64,000 nt of DNA from the human T2T-CHM13v2.0 reference genome, Homo sapiens. Below, piece by piece: positions 11,831 to 24,566 of the stretch. The number at the start of each line of letters is the position of its first letter. The stretch's first letter is position 1. The notes under the pieces were generated by a model. That model worked only from the letters and a program-made list of their open reading frames with translations, did no database searches and was not told where the DNA came from. The translations under genes were made by a program, and so were the position numbers. The stretch spans positions 43,520,001 through 43,584,000 of the forward strand of contig CP068257.2 in NCBI GenBank assembly GCA_009914755.4, given 5' to 3'.

Positions 11831-14609
11831 TTTTTTATTGGAACCTGATTATATGATATTATGAGACTCTAAATCTTACTGAAGCCTTCTGTTTTAGCTG
11901 ACTTTCTCATACACCACGGTGTCAGAGGAAGCGGGGATGCTGTCTCATTACTGCTGGATGGGGGATAAGTCCAAGTTCCCCACTGGGGCTCCCGGATAGC
12001 TCCCTGTTGTGAGAGGGCCTCATCACTGCTCCATCTGGAGCCTTCACTGGCAGCACCGGCTAGCGTCGTTTCTACCAGGTGGAAAGAGAGCCCAGCTTCC
12101 CCACATAGTCTCTCATGACTCTGCACTGTGGCGTGGGAAGGGAAGGGGTTGTTAGAGCCTGGTGGAAATGAAGATTGTGGCTTGTCACTCAGCCTTGTCT
12201 GACACCACCCAACAAGGGGACTCTGGGGTTGTCCTTACAGTCTGGCACGGGTGGGGCGTGGTTGAGGTTTTTTGTTTGGTGTTTGGCTGGAATAAAGCAA
12301 TTCTTGTCTAAGAAGTTTTCTGTCTTGCTGGGCTACCTCTTTCCTGGTCCTTTGGCCAGAGAGAGCAGCTTTTGTTGCAGCTTTTTGTGTGTTTTGTTTC
12401 TGCCAATGCCTGCTGATGTTTCTGGCTTCCTCAGCTCTATGTTGAGAAAATGAAGCAAAAGGAAAATGCAGGGTCGCTTCTCAGGTCCTGAGGCCCCCTG
12501 GCTTGTCAGCTTTCTCTACATCTCTCAGTCTTTTTATGTGTGTTTTATGTATAATATCCAGGATTTTTAGTTGTATTTAATGGGAGGAAAAAGGAGAAGA
12601 ACTCTGTCTTCCCACTGAGGAAGTTCCTTTGCCTATTTAAAACCAGTTTCAGCCAATAAGAACAGAGCTATTTGGACAGGCTTATTCGTTGTTCCTCCAG
12701 TTTATAGTTTGGGCTTCTGAGAAGCGCCTTGCCATCACTTTGCCTGCATAACCTCAGTGCCCTCACACAAGCCACCTGTTTTCCCGTCTTCGTGATATGC
12801 TCAGCCAGACCCCTTGTCTGAAGCTCAGTTTGACGAGCATGTCCTCATTTTTTGGCCTGATCCCTCCAGCCAGGAGGCTCCTGGGAGCACCCACAGCCTA
12901 CTGAGGGCATCTGCCCTGACTGCAGGGGTCTTGCCCTCTGTGCCTACATCTCACCTCCCATTCTAGACCTTAACCCAATTACTTTTTATCAGTCCTTCCA
13001 TAATGGAAATATTAAAACATATACAAATATACAATTGTATCAAGAACTCTGCATGCCCGTCAGCCACATCAGTAATTACCAACCAGGGCCCATTTGTTGG
13101 TTTTGTCTACACTCATCTATGTTTTTCTCACCACACTGAATTATTTTGAAGTAAATCCTAGATATTGTCCTTTCATTTGTAAATACTTCAGTATATGTCA
13201 CTAAAAGAGAACTGCCATTTCTACACCTAAAATAATTTATCATAATTCCTTAATATAATCAGCTGTTCAGGCAGTATTTACATTTAAGTTTCTCAGAATC
13301 TGATTTAGGTTCTTGTATCTAGCACAAGTGCTTTGCACGTAATAGATTCTCAGAAAATATATCTTGAAATAGTTAATGACTATAAAATAATAATGCTTTT
13401 AAAACTATCTGGAAAACTTTGTTGAATAAAGGATTCTAAAGAGAAACTCATTTAACTTTCAGCAACACATTTGCCTGAAATATAGTGAGATTGAAAGTTA
13501 TTAACATGATTTCATGAAAAACTATATATATAAAATATCTATTTTTAGATATATGATATTTGATATAGATATATAAGATATATGCATGTTTTAGTACATT
13601 TTAGTCACCATTTTCTAAGAGCAATGAATTTGCCTTTTAGTGATTTATAAGTTTTATTTGTACACAAAGTAACGTGTGATTATAAAATTTGCAAATCTTC
13701 TTTTTCCTCAATTGCAATTTGATGATATTATTTATTATAGAACATGTATTAATACAGTCTGACAAAGTATAACTAAAATATTTAAGAAGAGGAAACTCTT
13801 AAATTTGTTAGTAACTAGAAATTGTAATACCTGTTCTTTGAGGATTTCCTGTGGTTTCTCCTGCCAACAAAATAATACTTATATGTAACTAAGAAATTAG
13901 ATTGAATTTTAGCAGTCATGTGCACTTTAGTTTTGTCTGCATAAGGAGCTATTCAAGGTGAGAGAGAAGTAGCTAAGTGAGAAGCTGTAGGTTCTGGTTC
14001 TGCTGTGTGGCTTTAGTTTACAGCTGGAAGCCAAAAGTCTACCCAGAGTAAAGATAGATGGCAAGTATGTGAGCGCCCTTCTGAGGTCTGTCGCCATCTG
14101 TCATGGCGTGTTGTGTCCTTAGTCCATCCTGCAGCAGGCGTCTTTCCAGAGTGCAAATGCCAGTGCCTTTGTCCCTAGTTCAGCGCTCTTCATGGCCCTC
14201 CATTGCCTGGAATCAAACCCACCCTCCTCAGAGTGGTGTGAGGTCCCTGGGCACTGGCCCTGAACCTCCCTTGCTGGGACCTGGTCCCACCCTCATCATC
14301 CCTCCATGTGGGAGAATCCACGCGAGACGTCCTTTGCTGTGCTGGAATCCACGCGAGAAGTCTTTTGCTGGACTGGAATGTGCCAAGGAGGAGTATTTTG
14401 TACCAGATGGCAGATCTGACTTCTCTAACAAGACCTAGTTCTTATTTTATGATTTTTTTCCTTTAATTTGTAATAATGTTGTAATTATTTCCTTAGAGTA
14501 GACTTACTTCATATTACTCCTGTCATAGGCACACTAAATGCTATTTTCTTACTGTCTTTCAGACAGAAACAGTCTCCGCCAGTCAAGAAACCCTCAAAAG
14601 TATTTTGCC

Positions 14610-14637
14610 ATGGATATAGAAGATGAAGAAAACATGA
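14610..14637 (+). CDS. ADARB1: ADARB1 (ADAR2) first coding exon: ATG at 14610, encodes MDIEDEENM plus the first base of Ser10. The exon probably spans 14563-14637, with 14563-14609 as 5' UTR.
   Basis: atggatatagaagatgaagaaaacatga is followed by gtaag (donor GT at 14638-14639). Upstream acceptor is ttactgtctttcag|acag (AG at 14561-14562). Phase-1 end joins 'gt' of the next exon to give AGT (Ser), reproducing [21 protein letters not shown] of ADAR2. Confidence 0.8.
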
Positions 14638-17227
14638 GTAAGATCTAGGCCTATCACGTAGTATCAGATAGCTAATTTTATGTTAACATTTTGGTGTTTT
14701 TGCAAATGTATTTCATGAGACCAGTGTGGGGATTGTGTTTTTTCCCGTAACATCTTCTACTGACAGTGGCATGTTTTTAATTTTTGGTGTGTTCTCTGCA
14801 ACAGGTGTCAGAATTTGCTGCAGACGTTTTTCCTTCCTCGTTATCGTCGTGGGGCATCACTGTGCCCCGTGGAATGGGCTTCTGGGTATATCTCATGAAG
14901 CCCCACTGTTTCATGTGGAGTCCTGTCACGGCATGCCTCTCAGAATAATGCTCTGAGTATTCACACATACAAATCGAAGATAACGTCTGAGATTGATTTA
15001 AATACCCAGGCCTTTGCAATAATAGGACAGAAATATTTCCCTTCAAAATGCAGGTTCTCGCTGCATTTTGAAGGAAGGGGATTCACACGTGTCTGTTGAT
15101 CTAAAGTTCGCAAAGGTGCTAATGAGAGCTGGGACTGGTGTGGGCCTCCTCCTTCCGTGCTGTTCTCTCTGGTGCCGGGGTGGTGGAAGGCCGCTGGGGT
15201 ACGTTGGTGTTTCGGTGAAGGTACTTATCTCTTCTAGTTCATCTTCAGTCCCAGAAAACAGGTTTAGATGCTTCCACGGAAGTTGGGAGAGTTTAGTAGA
15301 GAAATTACAACAAAGGCATCATTGCTCTAACTAATATAAATATCTGTATTTACCTTCTTACTTGTCTGAAGGAATAACATGCAGCTGTCAATGATGAGTG
15401 ACATGTCACTGGGAGTGATTATTGAGCATTAGAACTTAGCACTTTCCCTTTGACTTTACGCACAACCGATGATCTGGGGTCTTGGAGTCACTCTTGCGTA
15501 CCATGTAGAACCCAAACCATGACCCAGTGAAGCATTTCTGCATGGTATTGATTTCTGCATGGTATTGATTTCTGCGTGGTATTGCTGCCCCATGGGTGTG
15601 CTGTGGAGGCGGCTGGGCCTCTGCTCTATGGACTGTGTGCTAAGTGTTGGCTTTGGTTGAAGTCAGCCATCTGGGGTGTGAGGGTGAGACCACCTCCTGC
15701 AGTGCTACCCAGGAACCACGGGACCAGCGTGCTCACCTCACTTCCGCTGTTGTGTGCGCAGCCCGTGCCTGCCTGCTGGTGATTGTTTTTTTCAGGTTTT
15801 TATCCTCATCAATCCTGCTCTTGAGATCTTTTAAAAACCCAGCTTCATGTTTTTACTGGGCAGTTCTACTCACTGTTTCCAAGTTTGTGACAAGTTTTAA
15901 GAGAGAGGTTACGTCCATACTCCTCATTTGAGAAAATGTGACCTGTGCTTGGCCCGTGCAGTAGCCCACCAACGGAGCATGTGCAGGGGTCCTCAGGGCC
16001 TCTGTGTCAGGACTGTGGCCTACAGCCTACAGCTGCAGTCACCTCGCATAGACAGAGGCTTTGTGATCGTGTAGGTTCTGGAACTATCCCCAAACTGATC
16101 CTGTGATCACTTGACATGATAAAGAATCCTCCCACATTTTTCTGTGAAGAGAAGCCGATGTTGTAGTGCTAAAACGTGGACATTCTGGTCCTGTATTTGT
16201 ATCATTTTGAAAGCAATGCAAAGCCCTGTCATGATCAGTATTTACATTTATGAAGTGTAGTAGCATGATACAGAAAGAGAAGGCATCTGTTGAAGAAAAG
16301 CTGTGAAAGTGGCATCTTTCTCTAGTTTTAGTATTTTCCTTTATGATAGTAGCATTTTCAGTGACAGTGAGAGTAGTATTTCAGTGTGCCCCTGAGGTGA
16401 ATAAGAATTTAGAATGTATGGAATCTGTATCACAGAAAGTGTATTCTTCTCAAGATTATTTGTCAATCCAATAGTAATTATTTTTATTTCTGAAAGGAAA
16501 GCATTTGGTTATTTCAGAGGTTATAAATATTTGGTTAAATGCATGTCCAAATACATTTATAATGATTTGATTTTTGATATTGATAATTGTTTAGCAACAA
16601 AGTCAAAATGTAAGCAGTAATCTAGTATGTCATGTTCTTGCTCAGTTTATTAATCTCTGAATTCCATCTTGGCTCTATTTTTTTTAACCTTTTGTTCCCT
16701 TTGAGCACCGAAAGGAGTAACCTATCGAGCTTTTGCTGGAGGATGTTATAAATGAAAATTTAGTGTCCATTCCATCAGCTTTGTCAACTGGGAGAAGTGG
16801 TGTGTGTGTGAGGATTATTTTGGAGAAATAATGTCTGTAGAGAAAGTTTTAAATCTCTTAGCCTCTACCACAGTGTGGCATCAGTTTTCCCATGGATTGT
16901 GTCTAAACCAGGTTTATGCTCTGCTGTCTTGGCCGAATGATGACAGCCCTGGAATTAGAGATCTTTAACCTCAAAGATTGGCAGCCAAGGGCGAGGACTT
17001 GGTCCCTTTAAACATTCCCATGGATGAAGCTGATGAATATTTTCACAACTTTTCAGTTTGCTTAACGTAATGAGAATCTACCATTTTACACATGTAGTAG
17101 AAATAGACCCTAAAGCCACCATATGGGGCACTCGTAAATTGGTTTACAATTTTAGTAATATTTTGGTTACTTTAAAAAATACAGATTTTTGAAATCTAGT
17201 GGTAGATGTCTTTAACTTTCATTCACA

Positions 17228-17251
17228 TTACAACCTTGCAGGGCACTGTAG
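17228..17251 (+). promoter_or_regulatory. ADARB1: Candidate editing-complementary sequence (ECS) for the ADARB1 -1 self-editing site, about 1.38 kb upstream in the same intron.
   Basis: By hand, 5'-UUACAA CCU UGCAGG GCA CUGUAG-3' (17228-17251) pairs with 18626-18655. UUACAA pairs with UUGUAA (18650-55, holding the +23/+24 As). CCU pairs with AGG (18645-47). UGCAGG pairs with CCUGCA (18635-40). CUGUAG pairs with UUACAA (18626-31), with C17246 opposite A18631, an A.C mismatch at the -1 site flanked by stems. Confidence 0.5.
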
Positions 17252-17372
17252 CCCTCACCCTTGGGCTCCATGTGACAGCTGCCTAGCCATGATGGAAAGG
17301 AATTATTTCTTCTTCTCCTTTTTAAAAAGCTTGATGAACACTTTATACTCCTCTTTTTAAAATAAAAAATTA

Positions 17373-17702
<330 letters not shown>

Positions 17703-18631
17703 TTAAAAATTATGTTTATTTTGCCATGTAATTTTACAATTCTAAAATTGTCTGTATTAATTCAAAATCTGAAATACCTTTAAAAGTTAGGATAAACAAA
17801 TTATTCTGGAAATTCATCAAATAATTGTTTTAAAAAAGACAAAATCACCAGAAAGTGTATTTATGAAGTTAGGAAGTTGTAACCTGCCTACAGCTTCAGT
17901 TTTGTGTCTTGTTCTTACACACTTTTCCTATCATGGAACGATATTAAGGATTCAGACTTAGTCAGCCCCCATATATAATATTCTCATTTTTAAATAGATA
18001 CTAGAAATAAAACCATACCCTCCTAAACACAACAACTAAAAAGCCATAATACTTTACACAATTACATAAGCAGCTTTTAAAGATTGGTTCATAAACTAAA
18101 TCAAATAATTGCATTTATTGATTGAATATTTTAAACCTGAAAAACTAATTATCTTGTGAATGCATGTTTTTAAATAGTTTTCTCTTCTGAGAGACGCTGC
18201 AATTTAAAACCCTTAGATAGCATGAGGGTAAACAACAGTGAAAGGAAGATGCTAAAATAAATATATATTTATCCATATATTGATATTAAATTGTCATTTC
18301 ATTAGACTTATTAATGTAAGGTCTTTCTGGATTAATTTATCATCCCACATTTTGATAAGGTTGAAAAAGTCTAGGTACTTCAGAATATTCTCAGAAGAAA
18401 AAAAATTATTTAAAGATTTTACTTTTTAAAGCAAAAGCAGTTGGTGACACTAAATAGAAATGGTATTAGTCACTAAGCAAAGTGTCAGATTACTTGTTTA
18501 GTTGAGGCTGATAGTTCTTTAACTAAATGTATAACTCTTCATGTATACATCAAGGAATAAAATTTATAAGCACACATCACTTAACCAGTTACAAAGAGAG
18601 CTAAAGGAATCTATAAATTTTGCATTTACAA

Positions 18632-18678
18632 GATCCTGCAACGAAGGCATTGTAAGTTACTCTTTCTGGGCACCACAG
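18632..18678 (+). other. ADARB1: 47-nt alternative 5' extension of the dsRBD exon. It is used when the intronic AA at 18630-18631 is edited (A-to-I at 18631, the -1 site) to mimic an AG acceptor, and it shifts the frame (ADAR2 negative autoregulation).
   Basis: There are exactly 47 nt between the AA dinucleotide (ttacaA A|gatcctgca...) and the canonical acceptor at 18678. Adenosines sit at the published edited offsets: -2 (18630), -27/-28 (18605/18604), +10 (18641), +23/+24 (18654/18655). Confidence 0.7.
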
Positions 18679-19613
18679 GTTCCAGCAGCACTGATGTGAA
18701 GGAAAACCGCAATCTGGACAACGTGTCCCCCAAGGATGGCAGCACACCTGGGCCTGGCGAGGGCTCTCAGCTCTCCAATGGGGGTGGTGGTGGCCCCGGC
18801 AGAAAGCGGCCCCTGGAGGAGGGCAGCAATGGCCACTCCAAGTACCGCCTGAAGAAAAGGAGGAAAACACCAGGGCCCGTCCTCCCCAAGAACGCCCTGA
18901 TGCAGCTGAATGAGATCAAGCCTGGTTTGCAGTACACACTCCTGTCCCAGACTGGGCCCGTGCACGCGCCTTTGTTTGTCATGTCTGTGGAGGTGAATGG
19001 CCAGGTTTTTGAGGGCTCTGGTCCCACAAAGAAAAAGGCAAAACTCCATGCTGCTGAGAAGGCCTTGAGGTCTTTCGTTCAGTTTCCTAATGCCTCTGAG
19101 GCCCACCTGGCCATGGGGAGGACCCTGTCTGTCAACACGGACTTCACATCTGACCAGGCCGACTTCCCTGACACGCTCTTCAATGGTTTTGAAACTCCTG
19201 ACAAGGCGGAGCCTCCCTTTTACGTGGGCTCCAATGGGGATGACTCCTTCAGTTCCAGCGGGGACCTCAGCTTGTCTGCTTCCCCGGTGCCTGCCAGCCT
19301 AGCCCAGCCTCCTCTCCCTGTCTTACCACCATTCCCACCCCCGAGTGGGAAGAATCCCGTGATGATCTTGAACGAACTGCGCCCAGGACTCAAGTATGAC
19401 TTCCTCTCCGAGAGCGGGGAGAGCCATGCCAAGAGCTTCGTCATGTCTGTGGTCGTGGATGGTCAGTTCTTTGAAGGCTCGGGGAGAAACAAGAAGCTTG
19501 CCAAGGCCCGGGCTGCGCAGTCTGCCCTGGCCGCCATTTTTAACTTGCACTTGGATCAGACGCCATCTCGCCAGCCTATTCCCAGTGAGGGTCTTCAGCT
19601 GCATTTACCGCAG
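18679..19613 (+). CDS. ADARB1: ADARB1 large coding exon (about aa 10-321): N-terminal region, NLS-like KRRK, dsRBD1 (~18882-19082) and dsRBD2 (~19341-19544).
   Basis: Acceptor caccacag|gttccagcagcactgatgtgaaggaaaaccgc; the translation matches ADAR2 [28 protein letters not shown]...[16 protein letters not shown]...[28 protein letters not shown]. Donor is cag|gtgagg at 19614. The six-frame ORF 18696-19715 is this exon reading through into the intron. Confidence 0.93.
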
Positions 19614-22600
19614 GTGAGGAACTATGCTGCTGCTTTAAAACACGGGGTCATTGCTCTTGGTAATGCTTCTAGACAGCATTTTAGTTTCAGGATTACTGTT
19701 GACTTTCCACCTTGACATCACTCTGTCCCCACCAGGAGGAGTTACTGGTAAGTCTGGCTGCTTGATTTCCATGGCCATGTGGCCACTGAGAAGCCGTCTG
19801 CATCCTAGTGCATGCTGGGTCTGTCGCAATGCAAGGCAGGGACACCTGAGACCCCGTCCACCAGAGCAGTGTTTACAACACTATCCATAACTCCCTTCCC
19901 GTTAGGCAACCCCCCCATGACCCTCATCCCACAGCAAGCCTTTAGCAGGAGAGACGGAAGAAGAGCCCAGTCTTTGAAACCTTGCCCCCAGTTCAGCACC
20001 ATTTTCCTTTAAAGGTCTCATCCAAGAATCTCACATTCAAGATAAGTGACACCAGCCCGTCAGCAGCTGAAAACCCAAGTCTGGGTCAAGATGGCAGCCT
20101 CTGGGCTCCCACATGACTGGCTGGTGGCTGTTTGCTGTTCCTAAGCCGAGGAGCCCATCAAAGCAGCGAATGAGCCAGCACAGCAGTGAGCACCTATCAG
20201 AGCGCAGGGAGGGAGGGGCCTCCAACAACTGTTCTAGGGCCTGCCAGTTGCCTGGGAGTCTCTACTTTGAATTTCCTACATGGGCTGTATGAGGACTTCC
20301 CCGCATGCCCAGGCTGGAGGTGGACAGCCACCCTTCCATTTGACCTCCCCAGCGCAGTGAAATCAGGATGAAGGAAGGGGAAGTTCCAGGGTGGGCTTAG
20401 ATTGGCTTACGTGAAAGAGAAAAAGTAAAGGAGAAAATCACCTTTAGTTCTCATCTCTAAATCCTAAAACTCTCTGATTATGTATTCCTTCTTTTCTTGG
20501 AAATCCAAAGTTCTTCTGGTCTATTGCAAAAGTTATTTTTTTGACCCTCTATTCATTTATTACTTTGTATCAGAGTCTTCTTCACTTTGAAGATAACATG
20601 TATACTACCCTTGACCACAAGACTTGAAGGTGGCTTGTGTTCCCCTGGAAGAATCCAAGTGTCTTATAGTTTCTTTTTTGCTGTTGGCTACAATTAGAAC
20701 AACCTCTGTGCAGTTGTAGTCTGAGATGACCAGGAGTTCTGTTTTAAAGGAAGGAAATGTATTTTATTTTGCCTAAAGGAATCAAATGCAACATCAGTAT
20801 AAAATAATATATTCAAGGTATTTCACTGATTTTTTTAACGAACCAAATACTTGCTTCCCTTATTAACCTGTCGTCAACATTGTTTATAAGGATTATTAGT
20901 CCATTTGTACTTTAACAAATCAGTGCTACTAGATCCCATGTGATTTTTTATTTTCAGGATTACTCTTTGCTAAAATATTAAAGCCTGAGTTCAAAATATT
21001 GTCTGATGTGACTTGTCTTCCCTTAATATTGACAGAGTGGCATATAAGACCATTGAAATGACATCAAATGCCGTGGATCCCAGATGTCTGAACCTTCAGT
21101 GTGTAGGCTAGGAGCACCTTAGGCGGACGCAGATCGAAGTGCCAGTAGAGATATCACCCCTGCCTCCCTGGCTTGGCTGTGCGCCTGCAGTGACTTCTGT
21201 GTGGAGCATGACCAGAGCCCCTGGCTTGGGAAGGCTGGAGGGACATCTGTTGGGCTCCAGCCTGGGGAGGGGTGCAGGTGGGCAGGGCTGCCTCAGCCCC
21301 CTGACGCCACGTTCCTCTGGGCTCTGTAGGTGCTGAACACCAGGCTCTAGGCCTCATGTCCAGAACCACTAGGGCATGAGGGCATGGAGCTGCACTTCGA
21401 GTCTCTGCCGGAGTGGAACCTGCCACCTTGTGTCTTTGGAGCCCCCAGGATAGCCCCGGAATGTGACGTGTTCCTTGTAGGACCCGGGTGGCCCTCCCAG
21501 AAGCAGTCCTTAGGGCTTTGTTGGTGGGCTCTATTGTCTTTCAACAGGAAATTTCCAAATGTGCATTCTAGGATGGGTGGAAAACCCTCACTCTTTTTCT
21601 AGAGTAACCCTTGAAGGACGTAGGTCAGTCATCCCTGCGTGTCACTGCAGGTAAATGGTGCTGCCTGGGACTGTGTGGCATGGGTTTAACTCTTAAGAGC
21701 ATTTTTTTTGTTCTTATATCTGTCCCCCAAATTAAGAGGGAAGTCCTTCATTAACCATACAGGTTAATGAGACCAGTAATCCCCTCAACGGGGTGCTGAG
21801 CCCTGGCCATGTGCCTCAGATGTCTGCGTTAACAAGCATCAGCCCCAGCACCAGACCTTCAGAGTGAGGCTCTCGGAACTCACTCTGAAGTTAAAGTTCT
21901 TCGCCTCTCTTTGAAAGTTTGGAGATTCGCCTAATCTTACATGAAATGGAAACTTTTATTTCCTCTGGCTTATCCCTAATCTTCTTATGACTTTTTCTTC
22001 TCTGTAAACTCGAATGAATCGCCCTTTCCCTCTGGCACCCTGGCCAATTGGAATGCGTCGCCCCTTCCCTCTGGCACCCTGGCCACGTCCTGTGTTTCTG
22101 TCACAGCCTCAGTTCCTCGCGTCCGCTCACCCCTGCATTGCAGATGCCGCTGCCTGCGGGTGCATGGATCCCTGCCACCAAAGCCTCTGTCCATTCTCCA
22201 CATGACTTGTCTTGAACACTGTCCTCTGGGGCTCACTGATACTTGCTGGTGCAATGATAAGAGAAAAACATCCTGACAACTATCTTTTCTACTCATTTCA
22301 GAAATATTTTATTAAGGACCAACCTGGGGATGCTGGGTTTTCCTAGTAGTCATTTGATTTTCCAGACAAGTGTGAAATTGGTGGGACATGAGTTGAAACT
22401 GGCTCTTAACACCCACCTCCCAGCAGACATCATTTCCCAAAATGCCATGGGCTCATTATATCCAAGATAAATCATAAGCCATAAGACCATGTCCAAAATC
22501 CAACAAATACATCTGTTCTCAGAAGCACTTTAATACAGATGTCTGTCTGACCTGAGCATATACCTGTGCAGGTGTTCCGAACGTCTAAGCGCTTTCCCTC

Positions 22601-23277
22601 CCCGTGCTGTTCTCTGGTACATGATTCTATCGTACCGTCTGGGCGAGTGAGCGGAGTCAGAGTGCATTTGTGTGGAGAGGCTGGAATGACTGAGAAGCCT
22701 CTCGGTGGCGCCTTTGAGGGAGGTGCTGTGCACAGCTTGTGGCTTCTTTCACTGGATCGCATCTCCAAGCTGCCCCTTTCTCTTGCCTTTGATTTTGCAC
22801 ATCATCCTGGGCTGTGCTCCCAGCTGTGTGTGGCCCTGGAGCTGACTGAGCCACACCGTGTGTGCATGTGAGAGAGGGCAAGGGGGGTGGGAGGGCCATA
22901 CTAGGTGGGCGTAGGCGTGGGCAGGTGGCCCTGAGCAGGCAGCTTTGCCTGTTTGCCTCGGTTTCCTCCTGAGGGCCGGGCTGGCCTGCGGTGAGGATTG
23001 GAGGGATGCTCATGTGTGGTGCCCACACTCCACACTGGCCCCACGCGGGTGGCGAAGGACTCAGCCAGAGCCTGGCAGGATCCTGGGGTGTCTATTTCCA
23101 AGGAATGTTCTGGAAGAAACATACACACATACTTGTTTGCCAGATTTACCTGTGTGGTTTTCCAGATGAGAAGCAGCCTGTGTCACTCCATAAGGGAGAG
23201 TGCGTGCAGCATTGAGAGAGTGAGCCCTGCTCCCAGCTGCATCTGGCCCCTAACCTGCATCTGTGCTTCCCACACAG

Positions 23278-23392
23278 GTTTTAGCTGACGCTGTCTCACG
23301 CCTGGTCCTGGGTAAGTTTGGTGACCTGACCGACAACTTCTCCTCCCCTCACGCTCGCAGAAAAGTGCTGGCTGGAGTCGTCATGACAACAG
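23278..23392 (+). CDS. ADARB1: ADARB1 coding exon (115 nt) encoding VLADAVSRLVLGKFGDLTDNFSSPHARRKVLAGVVMTT(G), the start of the deaminase domain.
   Basis: Acceptor cccacacag|gtt; donor acaacag|gtaacc. Frame is continuous with the flanking exons (phase 0 in, phase 1 out). Confidence 0.92.
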
Positions 23393-24524
23393 GTAACCAT
23401 CTTGGTGTTGTATGTAACCCTGCCTGTTTTCATGTCTGACAAATGTGAAATGTTCTCAATCGACAAAAACCACTGTGCCACACCGACGGGAGATGGTTAC
23501 TTCTTTTCTTCTTCAAAATGTCTGCCATATGCAAGTTTACGAACTGCACTTACAAGCTTTTTTCCCAAAATGTTCATCTTTTTAACCTAAGTTTGTTTTA
23601 TCTGGAGAAAGCACACTATATTAATATTTGATTCCTGTCATCTTCATCCTGTGAATGGCCTCAATCTGCTCTGGAAGATGGCAAGGGGCTTACTAATTCT
23701 TCCTTTATTTGAAAGTAGAGCCTATCTATTGTATCAGTTAATGTTAACGATGCCAGATAAGTTTCAGTGTGACTTCCTTTGAGGAGGGAGAGAGCTCTAG
23801 CAAGAGTAGAAAATCCGTGGGGAAAAAAAGCACAATTTAGAACGATAGAAGAAACCCTATTAAATTAGTCTAGAAGTTCCCAGTAGCAAAAGGAACCCCC
23901 GAGTCCTCTCCCCACATCCCGCGAGTGAGAACACGCAGCAGCATCTCTGTGGGTAGCTCCTGGGAAGGGAAGCCACATCCTTGGCCAGTGTCTGGCACCC
24001 CAGGGTGGAGCAAGACTCAGGGAGAGGACCCCTGTCATGTGGGGCCGTCTCTGTACCCAGCATCTGCTCAGCCCAGCCTGGACAGCCAGATGCAGGAAGC
24101 AGACCCTAGAGGTCAGGGAGGAAGCTGGGGACAGTTTCTCTGTCTACATCCACCAGCCCAGGAGAAACCCCCAGTTCTCGGTATGTGACTTTCTTGTTCT
24201 TTCCCCCTGCGGGGTCACCTCTATCAGACTCTGCAGCCCTCTTCACTGACCCACCTCTTGCTGCCCTAGGAAACCTGGCTGCTCTGCTCATGACCATTGT
24301 TTCCTTGCCGTGCCGTGTCCAGGGAGGAGGAAGCACCCGAACAGCAGCTTCTATTCTAATGTTTTGTACCTGTATCTTCTCCCCCTTTTACCTCTCTCCT
24401 TACTGCTATCTTTTACATTAATCAAAGGTGAACACCACAACGACTGAATAGAATAGTTCCCTAGGTAAGACTCCCTGCCTCTTCCAGCAGCATGGGTGAG
24501 TGAGCTGGTCATGTTCTTTCATCG

Positions 24525-24566
24525 TTTTGTTGTTGTTGTTGTTTTGTTTTTGTTGTTGTTGTTTTT
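24525..24566. repeat. (GTT)n trinucleotide repeat, imperfect.
   Basis: gttttgttgttgttgttgttttgtttttgttgttgttgttttt. Confidence 0.85.

Noticed and set aside
14290-14390. A two-copy ~38-bp tandem (aatccacgcgagaNgtcYtttgctgNNctggaat)
   Set aside because: A trivial local duplication with CpGs. It carries no functional implication I can support.
18696-19715. A 339-aa ORF suggesting one uninterrupted gene
   Set aside because: It is the large ADARB1 dsRBD exon. The tracker's ORF starts at an internal GTG and reads 102 nt past the real GT donor (19614) into the intron. The true coding segment is 18679-19613.
22014-22095. A ~35-bp direct repeat (aatcgccctttccctctggcaccctggcca x2) that could be a paired factor-binding site
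   Set aside because: Only two copies, with no supporting motif I can name. It is most simply a local duplication.
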